From Vicinamibacterales bacterium (GTDB lineage: Bacteria; Acidobacteriota; Vicinamibacteria; Vicinamibacterales; UBA8438), in assembly GCA_965215155.1 (NCBI GenBank), contig CBDCCY010000002.1, positions 559,698-623,697 on the forward strand: 64,000 nt of DNA, in the 5' to 3' direction. This document shows, in pieces, positions 63,985 through 64,000 of the stretch. The position numbers were made by a program, and so were the translations under genes. Each line of letters begins with the position of its first letter. Within the stretch, counting starts at the first letter, position 1. The notes beneath the pieces were generated by a model. The model worked only from the letters and a program-made list of their open reading frames with translations. It made no database searches and had not been told where the DNA came from.

Positions 63985-64000
63985 GGATAGCCTCTCTTTC

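Overview
High-GC (about 70% by eye) bacterial chromosomal segment. The gene content (four tandem TIGR03436-like VWFA paralogs, an M16 peptidase pair, a PQQ dehydrogenase) suggests Acidobacteriota, but that is an inference. The flanks are ordinary core DNA. On the left: thiolase, two exported propeller proteins, recA, an ftsB-like gene, an active/inactive M16 pair and tRNA-Phe. On the right: PQQ dehydrogenase, cytochrome c proteins, six tandem exported paralogs, hisC, a hydrolase, a 2H phosphoesterase, VKOR, AIM24-like and citryl-CoA-lyase-like genes. The centre (about 11.8-40.4 kb) is a heavily rearranged accessory mosaic. It holds two inverted IS630 copies, each in a CTAG target with a TA duplication, one of which splits a GT2 gene. 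It holds an ISKra4-like IS that carries a DUF4338 gene; its exact ends and 9-bp duplication are defined by an uninterrupted paralogous site. A recombinase-in-trio (RIT) element sits nested in a truncated IS66 transposase gene. There is also an AlpA/primase-helicase/P4-type integrase module with iteron-like palindromes plus an inverted remnant of a second module, and an eroded polysaccharide locus. The most interesting signal is a minus-strand, translationally coupled operon: NifS-like desulfurase, GcvH-like lipoyl carrier, COG0523 GTPase, a small Cys protein, a ferredoxin-domain protein, a radical SAM enzyme, a DUF116::polyprenyl synthase fusion, a prenyltransferase-repeat protein and a class II terpene cyclase, with a divergent LplA-like ligase. 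Its radical SAM gene is split into two same-strand halves 21.6 kb apart by this mosaic, and its cyclase carries a frameshift in a G11 tract. All homology calls come from reading motifs in the supplied translations. No database search was run.
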